A stretch of 64,000 nt of DNA from an uncultured Actinomycetes bacterium (GTDB lineage: Bacteria > Actinomycetota > UBA4738 > HRBIN12), in NCBI GenBank assembly GCA_963817235.1, contig CAWFNS010000001.1:8595-72594 (forward strand), given 5' to 3'. The position numbers were made by a program, and so were the translations under genes. The notes below the pieces were generated by a model, which saw only the letters and a list, made by a program, of their open reading frames with translations, was not told where the DNA came from and did not search any database. Below, piece by piece: positions 33,979-43,895 of the stretch; the first letter of the stretch is position 1, and each line of letters opens with the position of its first letter.

Positions 33979-35337
33979 ATGACGCGCGTACTCCAACAGC
34001 TGCGTTCCGCCTCGCGCCGCTCGGGCGACGAGGCGGGCTTCACGATGGTCGAGATGATGATGGCCATCTTCATCTTCGGCCTCGTCATCACGGGCCTCGC
34101 GGTCGGCATGGCGAGCTCGCTGAACCTGACCCGCCAGAACCGGAACCGGTCGATCGCCGCGAACCTGGCGTCCCAGCAGATGGACACGGTCCGGAGCATG
34201 GACTTCGACGACCTCAACAACGTCACGCAGCAGGCGCAGCCGACCACCTCGAGCACGAGCGTCGACGGCGTCCCCTACACGCTTCTCGCAGTACACGCGG
34301 TGGGTCTACAAGAGCGAGACCGGCGCGACCCCGGGGCCGTGCCAGGCGCCGCCCAGCACCGCGAACCCGCTCGCGTACATCTCCGTCGTGACCTCGGTCA
34401 GCTGGAACGACATGCGCGGCGTGCCGCCGGTGACGTCGAGCACGGTCGTGACGCCGCCGGTCGGGATCTACGACCAGACCGACGGACACATCGCGGCGAC
34501 GGTCCTGACCCGCGACGGTGCGCCGGCCCCCGGCGTCACGGTGTCGATCGCGTCGACCGGGGTCTCCGACGCCGCCATCACCTCGAGCGACGGCTGCGCG
34601 TTCTTCGCGTTCGAGCCGATCGGGACCTACGTGGTCACCCTGTCCGGGCGCGGGCATGGTCGACGGGCAGGGGCAACGCGGCGCCGCCCCAGACGGTCAC
34701 CGTGAAGGCCGGCTCGACGAGCACCGTCCAGTTCCAGTACGACTCCGCCTCCTCGCTCGTCCTCACGCTGCAGGGGAACGGGGGCTTCTCCGTGCCGAAC
34801 GCGGTGCCGATCTCGCTCGGCAACACGCACCTGCTGCCGCTCGGCGTGATGCCGGCCACCGGCTCCGGGAACCCGCGGACGATCACCGGCCTGTTCCCGT
34901 ACGCGGACGGCTACCAGACCTGGGCGGGCGCCTGTTCCGACGCCGATCCGCAGGGCGTGAGCCCTCTGGGCAGCGCCTACTACCCGGGCGCGACCCGCTC
35001 CGCCGCGATCGTCATGACGCCGGGCCAGAGCAGCACCGGCACCGTGCAGCTGCCGGCCCTCCAGGTCACGGTCAAGAAGAGCGGCGTCTTGAAGTCGGGC
35101 TACGCGGTGACGGCGACGCACGTCGTGCCTTCGGGCGCGACGAGCGACCCGGGGTGTCCGACCGCGGAGGCGTACACGCTCGGCACGAGCAACGGGAGCG
35201 GCCTGGTCTCGATGGCGCTGCCCTACGGCACGTGGAAGATCACGGCGACGAGCGGCGCGAGCACCGGCAACGCGAACGTGACCCTCAGCCCGCTGAACGC
35301 GAACAACCCGGCCGCACTCACGGTGAACGTCTCGTGA
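33979..35337 (+). CDS. minor pilin (PilV-like) with C-terminal Ig/carboxypeptidase-regulatory-like beta domains (frameshifts near 34280 and 34645-34675)
   Basis: DEAG|FTMVEMMMAIFIFG class III signal; downstream G.P.PGVTV and T...GCAFF...GTY.V beta-sandwich-like motifs; start could be GTG 33952. Confidence 0.75.
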   Translation: MTRVLQQLRSASRRSGDEAGFTMVEMMMAIFIFGLVITGLAVGMASSLNLTRQNRNRSIAANLASQQMDTVRSMDFDDLNNVTQQAQPTTSSTSVDGVPYTLLAVHAVGLQERDRRDPGAVPGAAQHREPARVHLRRDLGQLERHARRAAGDVEHGRDAAGRDLRPDRRTHRGDGPDPRRCAGPRRHGVDRVDRGLRRRHHLERRLRVLRVRADRDLRGHPVRARAWSTGRGNAAPPQTVTVKAGSTSTVQFQYDSASSLVLTLQGNGGFSVPNAVPISLGNTHLLPLGVMPATGSGNPRTITGLFPYADGYQTWAGACSDADPQGVSPLGSAYYPGATRSAAIVMTPGQSSTGTVQLPALQVTVKKSGVLKSGYAVTATHVVPSGATSDPGCPTAEAYTLGTSNGSGLVSMALPYGTWKITATSGASTGNANVTLSPLNANNPAALTVNVS

Positions 35338-36170
35338 AGCGCCTCGCGCAGCTCTTGCATCGGGCCGACGCCCAGGACGGCGTCACGCTCGTCGAGCTCG
35401 TGGTCGTCATCTCGATCATGTCGGTGGTGCTCACGTTCGTCACCAAGACGTTCATCGTCATGGAGAACGCCTCGGCCGGCGAGAACCTCCGCCTGCAGAA
35501 CCTCGACGAGGCGCGGACGCTGATGGACGACGTGTCGAAGGACGTCCGCACGGCGGCCCGGATGACGCCGACGACCTCGCCCTTCGACGTGACGGCCTGC
35601 ACGGCGACGTCGCCGGCACAGACGCAGCCGTGCGCGCCCACCGGATGGGTCAACGGGAACGCGGCGCCGTACACCGCGAACCAGGAGATGTGGTTCTACG
35701 CGAACCTCACGCTGACCGAGAACGCCACGGCGACCGCGTGCCCCGACATCATCCACCTGTTCGTCGACACGTCCCAGACCCCGCCGATCCTTCGCGAGCA
35801 GGTGATCTCCGACGCGAACCCCGCGACCGACGCGCCACCGAACTGCGTGTACGGCACGCTCTCCGGCGGGGTCTACAGCGGCACGTACGCGACCCGGATC
35901 GTCGGCAAGTACATCGCGAACGCGACCACGAACTGCCCGTCGAGCAGCCAGGTCTTCACGTACTGGTACGACGACGCGAACGGGGTCCCGACCGCGTTCC
36001 TGGCCACGGACACGCCGCTGGATGCCGGTGAGCGGATCCAGGTGAACGCGGTCGGCATCGCGTTCTCGGTGCGCCAGCAGACGAACTACACGGTGCCCTG
36101 CACGACGCTCGTCAACCGCGTCCGGCTGGCGAACGTCGAATACAACCCGATCCCGAGCCCGAGCCCATGA
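35334..36170 (+). CDS. minor pilin (PilW-like)
   Basis: AQDG|VTLVELVVVISIM with Glu5; DVSKDVRTA helix; GTGA overlap with the previous gene. Confidence 0.8.
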   Translation: MKRLAQLLHRADAQDGVTLVELVVVISIMSVVLTFVTKTFIVMENASAGENLRLQNLDEARTLMDDVSKDVRTAARMTPTTSPFDVTACTATSPAQTQPCAPTGWVNGNAAPYTANQEMWFYANLTLTENATATACPDIIHLFVDTSQTPPILREQVISDANPATDAPPNCVYGTLSGGVYSGTYATRIVGKYIANATTNCPSSSQVFTYWYDDANGVPTAFLATDTPLDAGERIQVNAVGIAFSVRQQTNYTVPCTTLVNRVRLANVEYNPIPSPSP

Positions 36171-37953
36171 CCGCGCCATCCCTGCACCGGCTGCACCGGC
36201 GACTTCGCGCCGACGGCGAGGAGGGCGTCGCCCTCATCACGGTGCTGCTCGTCACGTTCGTGCTGCTGATCCTCGTGGCCAGCACGATGGCCTACGCGAT
36301 CGGCTCGATGCCGATCTCGCGCCGCGACCAGGACTGGAACGCGGCGCTCACGGCGGCCGAAGCCGGCCTGGACGACTACCTGTACCGCCTGAACCAGAAC
36401 GACCAGTACTACCTCTACGGACAGCACCCGCCGCCCGCCACGGGCACCTGCGGCGCCTACCCGACGCTGGCGGCGCCGCCCGGACGGCAACCCCGCCTTC
36501 ATCGAGCTGGGTGCCGGTCCCCGGCTCCTCGACGGGCGCCACGTTCCGCTACAGCGTGGACACGTCCTGCCTGGTGACCCAGGGCGCGATCGTCGTGTGG
36601 GCGACCGGGAAGTCCGGGACCTCGACGCGGACCGTCCAGGCCACGTTCCGCCGGCGCTCGTTCATCGACTACCTGTACTTCACCGACTACGAGACGACCG
36701 ATCCCGCGGCCTATCCGGTGGGGTCCTTCAACTCGAACAACTCGGCCTGGGCCCAGGCCAACTGCGCGCAGCACTGGTACGAGGGCCGGCCCGGCGGGCC
36801 CCCCTACGACAACAGCCACTGCGTCGACATCAACTTCTCCTCGGGCGACGTGATCAACGGCCCGTTGCACTCGAACGACGCGATCCTCGTCTGCGGGAAC
36901 CCCACGTTCAACGGCAACGTGACCACGAGCTGGCAGGGAGCCGGGACGCCCGTGAAGCGGTACCGCACGAACTCCGGCTGCTCGAACAACAACCCGACGT
37001 TCGCCCGGGCGGGGGACCCGAAGTACGCCGACCCGCTCACGATGCCGCCGAGCAACCTGTCGATGAAGTCGAGCGCGGACGCGACCCTGGCCGGCGCCGG
37101 CTGCCTGTTCACCGGGCCGACCTCGATCACGCTGAACTCGACCGGCACGATGACGGTCGTGAGCCCGTTCACGAAGTGGCCGGCGGCCCCGAACAACTGC
37201 CAGCCGGGCACGAACATCCCGCTCCCGTCCAACGGCGTGATCTACGTCCAGAACGTCCCGGCCTCCTCGAGCGATCCGAACTACACCGCGAGCTGCATCA
37301 CCTCCACGCAGCTCGGCGGGACCGCGACGGTCCAGCACCCGCTCGGGTACCCGCAGAAGTACGACATCTCGCAGTACGGGTGCATGAACGGCGACGTCTT
37401 CCTGAAGGGCACGCTGAAGGGACGGCTGTCGATCGCGGCCGACAACAACATCGACATCATCGGCAACGTGACGTACCAGGGCGGCACGGGCGGCAGCGAC
37501 CTGCTCGGCCTGGTGGCGAACAACTACGTCGAGATCTACCACCCGGTCGGCGACTGTGGCTCCGGGAGCGCACCGTGCGACAACGGGAGCAAGAACAACG
37601 GGTACTACAACCTCGACGACGTCGCCGGCGGCCTGACGACCTCCTTCAACAACCCCACGATCCAGGCGGCGATGCTGTCGGTGAGCCACTCGTTCCGGGT
37701 GCAGAACTACCAGTACGGAGACGACACGCCGCTCGGGACGATCACCGCCTACGGCGCGATCGCGCAGAAGTACCGCGGCACGGTCGGCACGAGCGGGTCG
37801 TCCGGGTACACGAAGAGCTACTCCTACGACCAGCGCATGAAGTACCAGTCGCCGCCGTACTTCCTGAACCCCGTCGCGGCGGCGTGGCAGATCGTCACGT
37901 GGATCGAGTGCAAGGGATCGAGCTCCGGCAGCGTCCCCACGACGTGCCAGTGA
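36167..37953 (+). CDS. large PilX/GspK-like minor pilin (frameshift near 36480-36505)
   Basis: EEG|VALITVLLV lacking Glu5, A..AAEAGL motif of the PilX N-terminus; ~590 aa with a Cys/Gly/Asn/Thr-rich C-terminal region. Confidence 0.8.
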
Positions 37954-38001
37954 TGCCGGGCTCCCGGAACCCCGCCTGAGCGCGCGTACGATCGGCCGGC
38001 C

Positions 38002-38778
38002 GTGGAGACCGCCTTCCGAGCGTTCGTCGCCGCCCTGTTCGGCTTCGCGTTCGGCAGCTTCCTGACCGTCGTCGTCGACCGCGTCCCGAACAAGGAGTCG
38101 ATCGTCCGGCCCCGGTCCCGGTGCCCGGGCTGCGGCACGCCGATCGCGCCGCGCGACAACATCCCGGTCCTGTCGTACCTGCTCCTGCGGGGCCGGTGCC
38201 GGACGTGCGGGATGCGGATCCCGGTGCGATACCCGTTGCTGGAGCTCGCCACCGCGGCCGCGTTCGCCGGCACCGCCGCGGTCTGGACCTCGCCCTACCT
38301 CATCGTGCTCCTGTGCGCGTTCTGCGCGGTGATGCTGGCCGTGGCCGCGATCGACCTCGAGCGACGGATCATCCCGAACCGGATCACGTACCCGTCGTTC
38401 GTCGCGTTCGCCGCCCTGATCGCGCTCGGCTGGGCGCTCGGCCAGGAGCTGAACCCGGCAGGCGCGGCGATCGGCGCGCTCGCCTACGGCGGCTTCTTCC
38501 TCGTGATCGCGCTGATCGCTCCCGGCGGCATGGGCATGGGGGACGTGAAGCTGACCGGCCTGATCGGGCTCGTGCTCGGCGCGCTCGGCCTTCGGTACGT
38601 GGCGGTCGCCGCCGGCATCGCGATCCTCCTCGGCGGGATCGCGGGCCTCGGCGCGCTGGCCGCCGGACGCGGCCGCAAGGGTGCGATCCCGTTCGGCCCG
38701 TCCCTCGCGGCCGGCGCGATCGCGGCGGTGCTGGTGGGGGAGCGGCTCGCCTCGTGGTACCTGGGCTCCGTCACCTGA
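38002..38778 (+). CDS. pilD: prepilin peptidase/N-methyltransferase (A24)
   Basis: FGSFL.VV..R, RSRCPGC, DNIPVLSYLLLRGRCRTC, IDL..RIIPN, GMGDVKL, IPFGP. Confidence 0.95.
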   Translation: METAFRAFVAALFGFAFGSFLTVVVDRVPNKESIVRPRSRCPGCGTPIAPRDNIPVLSYLLLRGRCRTCGMRIPVRYPLLELATAAAFAGTAAVWTSPYLIVLLCAFCAVMLAVAAIDLERRIIPNRITYPSFVAFAALIALGWALGQELNPAGAAIGALAYGGFFLVIALIAPGGMGMGDVKLTGLIGLVLGALGLRYVAVAAGIAILLGGIAGLGALAAGRGRKGAIPFGPSLAAGAIAAVLVGERLASWYLGSVT

Positions 38779-38844
38779 GCGCCCTGCTCCGCGTTCTCCG
38801 GCCGCCCCCTCGGAAGCCCCGAAACTCGTTGCCCCAGATGTTTG

Positions 38845-38863
38845 ACTAGGTCTGCCCCCTAGT
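38845..38863. promoter_or_regulatory. dyad ACTAGG-N7-CCTAGT, putative operator
   Basis: perfect 6-bp inverted repeat containing CTAG, in a relatively AT-rich intergenic stretch. Confidence 0.4.
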
Positions 38864-38890
38864 GTTTCGTAGGCACGCTCGCTGAGCTCT

Positions 38891-38952
38891 ATGTGGCTCA
38901 TGAGTACGGATGTGGCACATGTGGCACATGAGGAACATGTGCCATGTGGAGC
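38891..38952 (+). repeat. array of seven ~9-bp direct repeats, consensus ATG(T/A)GGCAC
   Basis: ATG-initiated units at 38891, 38900, 38910, 38919, 38928, 38937, 38944. Confidence 0.75.
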
Positions 38953-38974
38953 ACGGCAGCAGGACGGTGAGAGG

Positions 38975-39184
38975 GTGAGCGAACCGCAGGCGTTCGTGAC
39001 CGGTGGCGGCCTCCTGACGGTGGCCGAGGTCGCGGCGGCGATGCGCGTGTCGAACATGACGGTGTACCGGCTGATCAAGAACGGCGAGCTCCCCGCGGTA
39101 CGGGTCGGGAAGAACTACCGGCTGCGTGACGCGGACCTCCATCGCTTCCTCGAGGAGCGCTCGGTCCACGTGGAGGATCGGTAG
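38975..39184 (+). CDS. small excisionase/MerR-like HTH DNA-binding protein (BdtA/Rv0500A-like)
   Basis: LLTVAEVAAAMRVSNMTVYRLIKNGELPAVRVGKNYR; GAGAGG RBS before GTG 38975; stop abuts pilM. Confidence 0.85.
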   Translation: MSEPQAFVTGGGLLTVAEVAAAMRVSNMTVYRLIKNGELPAVRVGKNYRLRDADLHRFLEERSVHVEDR

Positions 39185-40231
39185 ATGGCGAAAGGCCGCA
39201 TCGGGCTCGACATCGGGTCCACCGCCGTGCGCGCCGCCGAGCTGTCGGTCAGCCGGCAGCCCTCCGTCGTGCGCGCCGGTCAGGTCCCCCTCCCGCCCGA
39301 CGCCGTCGAGAACGGCGAGGTCCGCGATCCCCTGGCCGTCACCGACGCGATCCGCCAGCTCTGGAGCGACGTCGGCTTCAAGAACCGGCAGGTCTGGCTC
39401 GGGGTGGGCAACCAGCGGGTCGTCGTCCGCGAGATCGCGCTGCCGTTCCTGCCCGAGAAGGAGCTGCGCGCCTCGCTCGGCCTGCAGGTGCAGGAGTTCA
39501 TCCCGATGTCCGTCGACGAAGCGGTCCTGGACTACGACCCCATCGGCGAGTTCGAACAGGACGACCGCAAGATGCTCCGGATGCTGCTCGTCGCGGCGCA
39601 ACGCGTCATGGTCGATCAGGTCGTGCAGGTCGTGACGGACGCGAAGCTGGAGCCGCTCGGCCTGGACCTGATCCCGTTCGCGCTCGTGCGCGCGATCGGC
39701 ACCCCGGACGTCTCGATGGACCTCGAGGACACGGGCGAGGAAGCCATCATCGACGTCGGCGCCCACGTGACGAACATCGTGGTGCACAGCCGGGGAGCCA
39801 CGCGGTTCGTCCGGATCCTCCCGAGCGGCGGCCGCGACGTGACCGTCGCGATCGCTCGCTCGATCGGCGTCGACGACGACGTGGCGGAGCGACTCAAGCG
39901 CGGCGAACCGGTCGAGGGCGCGCCCGCGCCGCAGCAGGTTCGCCAGGTCGCCCTGCAGCGCGCCGCGGCGTTCGTCGATGAGATCCGGTCGTCGCTCGAG
40001 TTCTACACGGCGCAGGCGCGCGAGGCCCGGATCTCGAAGGTGCTCGTCACCGGCGGCGGCTCGCGTCTCGAGGGCCTCCTCGAGCTGATGCGGCAACGCA
40101 TCCCGGTGCCGGTCGAGCCCGGCCGTGTCTTCCAGCAGCTCCCCTCCGAGTTGCCGGAGGACGCCGCGGCGGACGCCGAGCCGGTGCTCGCCGTCGCCGT
40201 GGGTCTGGCGATCCCGGGGGTCGACCGGTGA
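39185..40231 (+). CDS. pilM: type IV pilus alignment protein, actin-like
   Basis: IGLDIGSTAVR, QVQEFIP, IIDVGA..TN, VTGGGSRL.GL. Confidence 0.93.
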   Translation: MAKGRIGLDIGSTAVRAAELSVSRQPSVVRAGQVPLPPDAVENGEVRDPLAVTDAIRQLWSDVGFKNRQVWLGVGNQRVVVREIALPFLPEKELRASLGLQVQEFIPMSVDEAVLDYDPIGEFEQDDRKMLRMLLVAAQRVMVDQVVQVVTDAKLEPLGLDLIPFALVRAIGTPDVSMDLEDTGEEAIIDVGAHVTNIVVHSRGATRFVRILPSGGRDVTVAIARSIGVDDDVAERLKRGEPVEGAPAPQQVRQVALQRAAAFVDEIRSSLEFYTAQAREARISKVLVTGGGSRLEGLLELMRQRIPVPVEPGRVFQQLPSELPEDAAADAEPVLAVAVGLAIPGVDR

Positions 40232-40864
40232 GCCAGGTCAACCTCCTTCCCCCCGATATCCTGCAGGGGCAGCGCTACCGCCGGGTGACCGGCCTCGTGG
40301 TGCTGGCCGGGCTGGCGATCATCGGGCTGATCATCCTGTTCTACCTGCTCCAGGTGGGACGGCTCGCCTCGGTGAACAGCGATATCGACGCGCAGCAGGC
40401 GACGAACGCCCAGTTGAACACCGAGATCTCCGACCTGTCGAAGTACGAGAACCTGCAGGCGGAGGCCCAGCAGCAGCAGCAGCTCTTGAACGACGCGTAC
40501 GCGGGCGAGGTGTCGTACTCGGGACTCATGATGGACATGTCGCGCGTGATCCCGAGCGACTCCTTCCTGTCCGCCCTCTCGGTCACGACGCCCGGCGCCA
40601 CCGCGTCCACGACGACGACGCCGACGACGACCACCACGCAGTTCATCGGCTCGATGACCTCGAGCGGCGAGGCGATCGGCTTCGACACCCTGAGCCAGTA
40701 CCTGACGAACCTCGCCGGCGTCACCGGGATGGGAGAACCCGTGGATGCCGACGATCACCGCCGACACCGACATCAAGAACGCCTACCAGTACACGACCAG
40801 CGTCGATCTGAGCACGGCGGCCGAGACCGCCCGCGGACGGGGTGGGGTGACGACCGGTGGGTAG
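40228..40864 (+). CDS. pilN: PilN-family protein (frameshift near 40730)
   Basis: VNLLPP N-terminal motif, TM helix, coiled coil, IP...L..L core. Confidence 0.85.
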
Positions 40865-41492
40865 CCGCCGCGCCCCGATCATCGCCGCGGTCGGCGTGGT
40901 GATCGTCGCGATCCTGTTCTTCCTGATCCTCGTCCTGCCGAAGATGCACTCGGTCTCGGACGCGCAGGACCAGCTCGACCAGGCGCACCAGCAGCAGACG
41001 ACGCTGGAGGTCCGCAAGGCCGCCCTCGAGCAGGCGAAGCTCGACGCCCCGAAGAACCAGCACGTGATCAACAACGTCCACAAGCGGATCCCGCCGATCG
41101 CGGACGAGCCCGGCTTGATCCAGCTGCTGAACGGCGCGGCGGTGAGCGCCGGCATCGAGCTCGTGTCGCTGACGCCGAGCAACCCCGTGTTCGACGCGAC
41201 CACCGGCCTGTCGACGATCACGGTCGCCGTGAGTGCGACCGGGTCGTACTTCGACATCACGCAGTTCATGTTCAACATCGAGACGCTGCCGCGGGCCGCC
41301 GTGGTCACCACGCTGACGCTCGCGCCGGTGGATCAGACGTCCGCCGAGCCGGTCCTGACGATGTCCGCGACCGTCAACACGTTCACCAGCGACTCGAGCG
41401 CGGGCCCCGGGTCGGAGCCGGGACCGACCCAGAGCACGGGCGGTACCTCGACGGGCTCCACGACCACCGGGACCACCGGGGTGGCGACCTAG
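40857..41492 (+). CDS. pilO: PilO-family protein
   Basis: TM helix, coiled coil, IP..ADEP.LI..L, GSYFDI.QF...IE.LPR. Confidence 0.85.
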   Translation: MGSRRAPIIAAVGVVIVAILFFLILVLPKMHSVSDAQDQLDQAHQQQTTLEVRKAALEQAKLDAPKNQHVINNVHKRIPPIADEPGLIQLLNGAAVSAGIELVSLTPSNPVFDATTGLSTITVAVSATGSYFDITQFMFNIETLPRAAVVTTLTLAPVDQTSAEPVLTMSATVNTFTSDSSAGPGSEPGPTQSTGGTSTGSTTTGTTGVAT

Positions 41493-42086
41493 ATGCCGTT
41501 GGCCGACCGCGATCGACGCACCCTGATCATCGGAGGCGTGATCGTCGGCGTGCTCCTGGTCGGGCTGCTGCTGTTCACGCTCTTGAGCGGGGGAGGCGGC
41601 AACGAGGCGCTCCCGTCGTTCCCGCCGCCCGGCTCGCCGCCGCCGAGCGCCGCGCCGAGCACGACCCCGACGACCGTGCCGCACCCGGTCGCGCCGTTCT
41701 CCGGCAGGGATCCCTTCTCGAAGCCGGGCGCGTTCCTCACGGCTTCCTCGAGCAGCGGGTCGCCGACCGGCTCACCCACGAGCGGCTCGGGGAGCGGCTC
41801 CGGGACCGGCACCCCGTCGTCGTCCAGCTCGAGCCCACCACCCACGCAGCCGGGCAACGGGTCCTCCGAGTCGGTCGGCGGGCATCAGGTCGTCCTGCTC
41901 GACACGTTCCGGGTGAACGGACAGACGCGCGCACAGGTCGAGATCGACGGGACGGTCTACAACGTTTCGGTCGGGGAGAGCTTCGGGCCGGGCAACCGGT
42001 ACGAGCTCCGATCGGTCTCGGGCGACTGCGCCACGTTCTTGTTCGGGGACGAGTCCTTCACGCTCTGCACCACGCCCCAGAAGTAG
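41493..42086 (+). CDS. PilP-like membrane-anchored protein
   Basis: position after pilO; TM anchor, Pro/Ser linker with GRDPF motif, short C-terminal beta domain (AQVEIDG..Y.V..GE.F). Confidence 0.55.
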   Translation: MPLADRDRRTLIIGGVIVGVLLVGLLLFTLLSGGGGNEALPSFPPPGSPPPSAAPSTTPTTVPHPVAPFSGRDPFSKPGAFLTASSSSGSPTGSPTSGSGSGSGTGTPSSSSSSPPPTQPGNGSSESVGGHQVVLLDTFRVNGQTRAQVEIDGTVYNVSVGESFGPGNRYELRSVSGDCATFLFGDESFTLCTTPQK

Positions 42087-42144
42087 GAGACGTTCGCGGA
42101 GCGGAGCTCCGGCGGCCCGCCCACGGGGGGAGCGGTCGCCGGCC

Positions 42145-42176
42145 GCGAGGGCGGTCCCGACAGGGGCCGCCCTCGC
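42145..42176 (+). terminator. 14-bp hairpin closing the pil operon
   Basis: GCGAGGGCGGTCCC-GACA-GGGGCCGCCCTCGC (one G-U pair). Confidence 0.65.
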
Positions 42177-42252
42177 ATCGTCCGCGCTTGCCCGTGCTCG
42201 CCGGCGCTCGCCGGCCCCGGGGCGGCGGGTGCCGGTGCCTAGAATGGGCCGC

Positions 42253-43401
42253 ATGCTGCGCCTGCTGACCGCCGGGGAATCGCACGGCAGGGGATTGGCG
42301 GCGGTGCTGGAGGGACTCCCCGCGGACGTTCCGATCACGGCGGACGCGATCGCGCACGAGCTCGCCCGCCGGCGGCAGGGGTACGGCCGCGGCGGCCGGC
42401 AGAAGATCGAGGCGGACAGCTTCGAGATCCTGGCGGGGGTGCGCCACGGGCGCACGCTGGGCTCGCCGGTCGCCGTGACGATCGGCAACGTCGAGTTCGA
42501 GCAGAAGTACCGGACGCTGATGAGCGCCGAGGGTGAGGTCGACCCCGCGGCCCGGCTGACCCGCCCGCGTCCCGGCCACGCGGACCTGGTCGGTGCGCAG
42601 AAGTACGGCTTCGACGACGTGCGCAACGTCCTGGAGCGGGCGAGCGCCCGGGAGACCGCCGCCCGCGTCGCCGCCGGCGCGTTCTGCAAGGCGTTCCTCG
42701 GGGGGCTCGGGATCGAGGTCCTGTCCCACGTGGTGCGGATCGGGAAGGTCAGAGCGCCGGCGCGGATCCCGACGCCGGCCGACCGCCCGGCCGTCGACCG
42801 CTCGCCCGTACGATGCGCGGACGACGAGGCGTCCCGCGCGATGGTCGCCGAGATCGACCGGGTCCGGAAGGCGAAGGACACCCTCGGCGGCGTGTTCGAG
42901 GTCCTGGCCTACGGCCTGCCGCCGGGGCTCGGCTCCTACGTGCACTGGGACCGCAAGCTGGACGCGCGTCTCGCCGCGGCGTTGATGTCGATCCAGTCGG
43001 TCAAAGGCGTGGAGGTGGGGGACGGGTTCGCGTCGGCCGCGCGCGTGGGGTCGAAGGCCCACGACGAGATCGTGCTGCGCGGCGGGCGGCTGGCTCGCTC
43101 GTCGGCGCGGGCGGGCGGGATCGAGGGCGGGATGTCGACGGGGCAGCCGATCCGGCTGCGCGCGGCGATGAAGCCGTTCTCGACCGTGCCGAAGCCGCTG
43201 CGGACCGTCGACCTGCGCACGCGGGAGCCGGCGGTGGCCATCAAGCAGCGGACGGACGTCTGCGCCGTCCCCGCGGGCGGCGTCGTCGGGGAGGCGGTCG
43301 TCGCGTTCGTGCTGGCCGACGCCGTGCTCGAGAAGTTCGGCGGCGATTCGCTGCCCGAGACGCGGGGCAACCTGGATCGCTACCTCGAGGGGCTCGGGTG
43401 A
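42253..43401 (+). CDS. aroC: chorismate synthase
   Basis: [44 protein letters not shown]. Confidence 0.97.
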   Translation: MLRLLTAGESHGRGLAAVLEGLPADVPITADAIAHELARRRQGYGRGGRQKIEADSFEILAGVRHGRTLGSPVAVTIGNVEFEQKYRTLMSAEGEVDPAARLTRPRPGHADLVGAQKYGFDDVRNVLERASARETAARVAAGAFCKAFLGGLGIEVLSHVVRIGKVRAPARIPTPADRPAVDRSPVRCADDEASRAMVAEIDRVRKAKDTLGGVFEVLAYGLPPGLGSYVHWDRKLDARLAAALMSIQSVKGVEVGDGFASAARVGSKAHDEIVLRGGRLARSSARAGGIEGGMSTGQPIRLRAAMKPFSTVPKPLRTVDLRTREPAVAIKQRTDVCAVPAGGVVGEAVVAFVLADAVLEKFGGDSLPETRGNLDRYLEGLG

Positions 43402-43895
43402 TCGTCTACCTGGTCGGCATGCCCGGATCGGGCAAGACCACCGTCGGTCGCGAGGTCGCCGGGCGGCTCGGCGTGCCGTTCGTCGATCTGGACGCGGAGG
43501 TCGAACGCACCGCGGGGCGATCGGTGCCGCAACTGTTCGAGGAACGCGGCGAGGATGCGTTCCGGGCGCTCGAGGCGCGAGCGCTCCTGGACGTCTCGCG
43601 GCACGATCCCTCGGTCGTCGCGTGCGGCGGCGGCGTGGTGCTGGAGCCGGCCAATCGGGTCACCCTTCGGAACACGGGCGTCTGCGTGTTCGTCGATGTG
43701 CCGCTCGAGCAGCTCCGCGAGCGCGTCCGCCCTGCCGCCGACCGGCCGCTGATCCGCGCCGACGGGGATCTGGAGCGGCTCCTCGCGGCCCGCGAGCCGC
43801 TGTACCGGGAGTTCGCGGCACACGTGGTGGACGGGAGCGGCTCGCCGAAGGGGGTCGCCGACGCGATCCTCGAGGAGCTGCGGTGGAGCGCGTGA
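43398..43895 (+). CDS. aroK: shikimate kinase
   Basis: [31 protein letters not shown]. Confidence 0.94.
   Translation: MIVYLVGMPGSGKTTVGREVAGRLGVPFVDLDAEVERTAGRSVPQLFEERGEDAFRALEARALLDVSRHDPSVVACGGGVVLEPANRVTLRNTGVCVFVDVPLEQLRERVRPAADRPLIRADGDLERLLAAREPLYREFAAHVVDGSGSPKGVADAILEELRWSA

Noticed and set aside
38891-38974. 28-aa N-terminal extension of the HTH protein from ATG 38891
   Set aside because: The SD-like GAGAGG precedes GTG 38975, and homologs start there; the upstream frame is open only because of the 9-bp repeat, so it is treated as regulatory DNA.
38975-39184. Excisionase as a sign of a prophage or ICE
   Set aside because: No integrase, att repeats, tRNA target or phage genes; the protein resembles chromosomal BdtA/Rv0500A-type regulators and abuts pilM.
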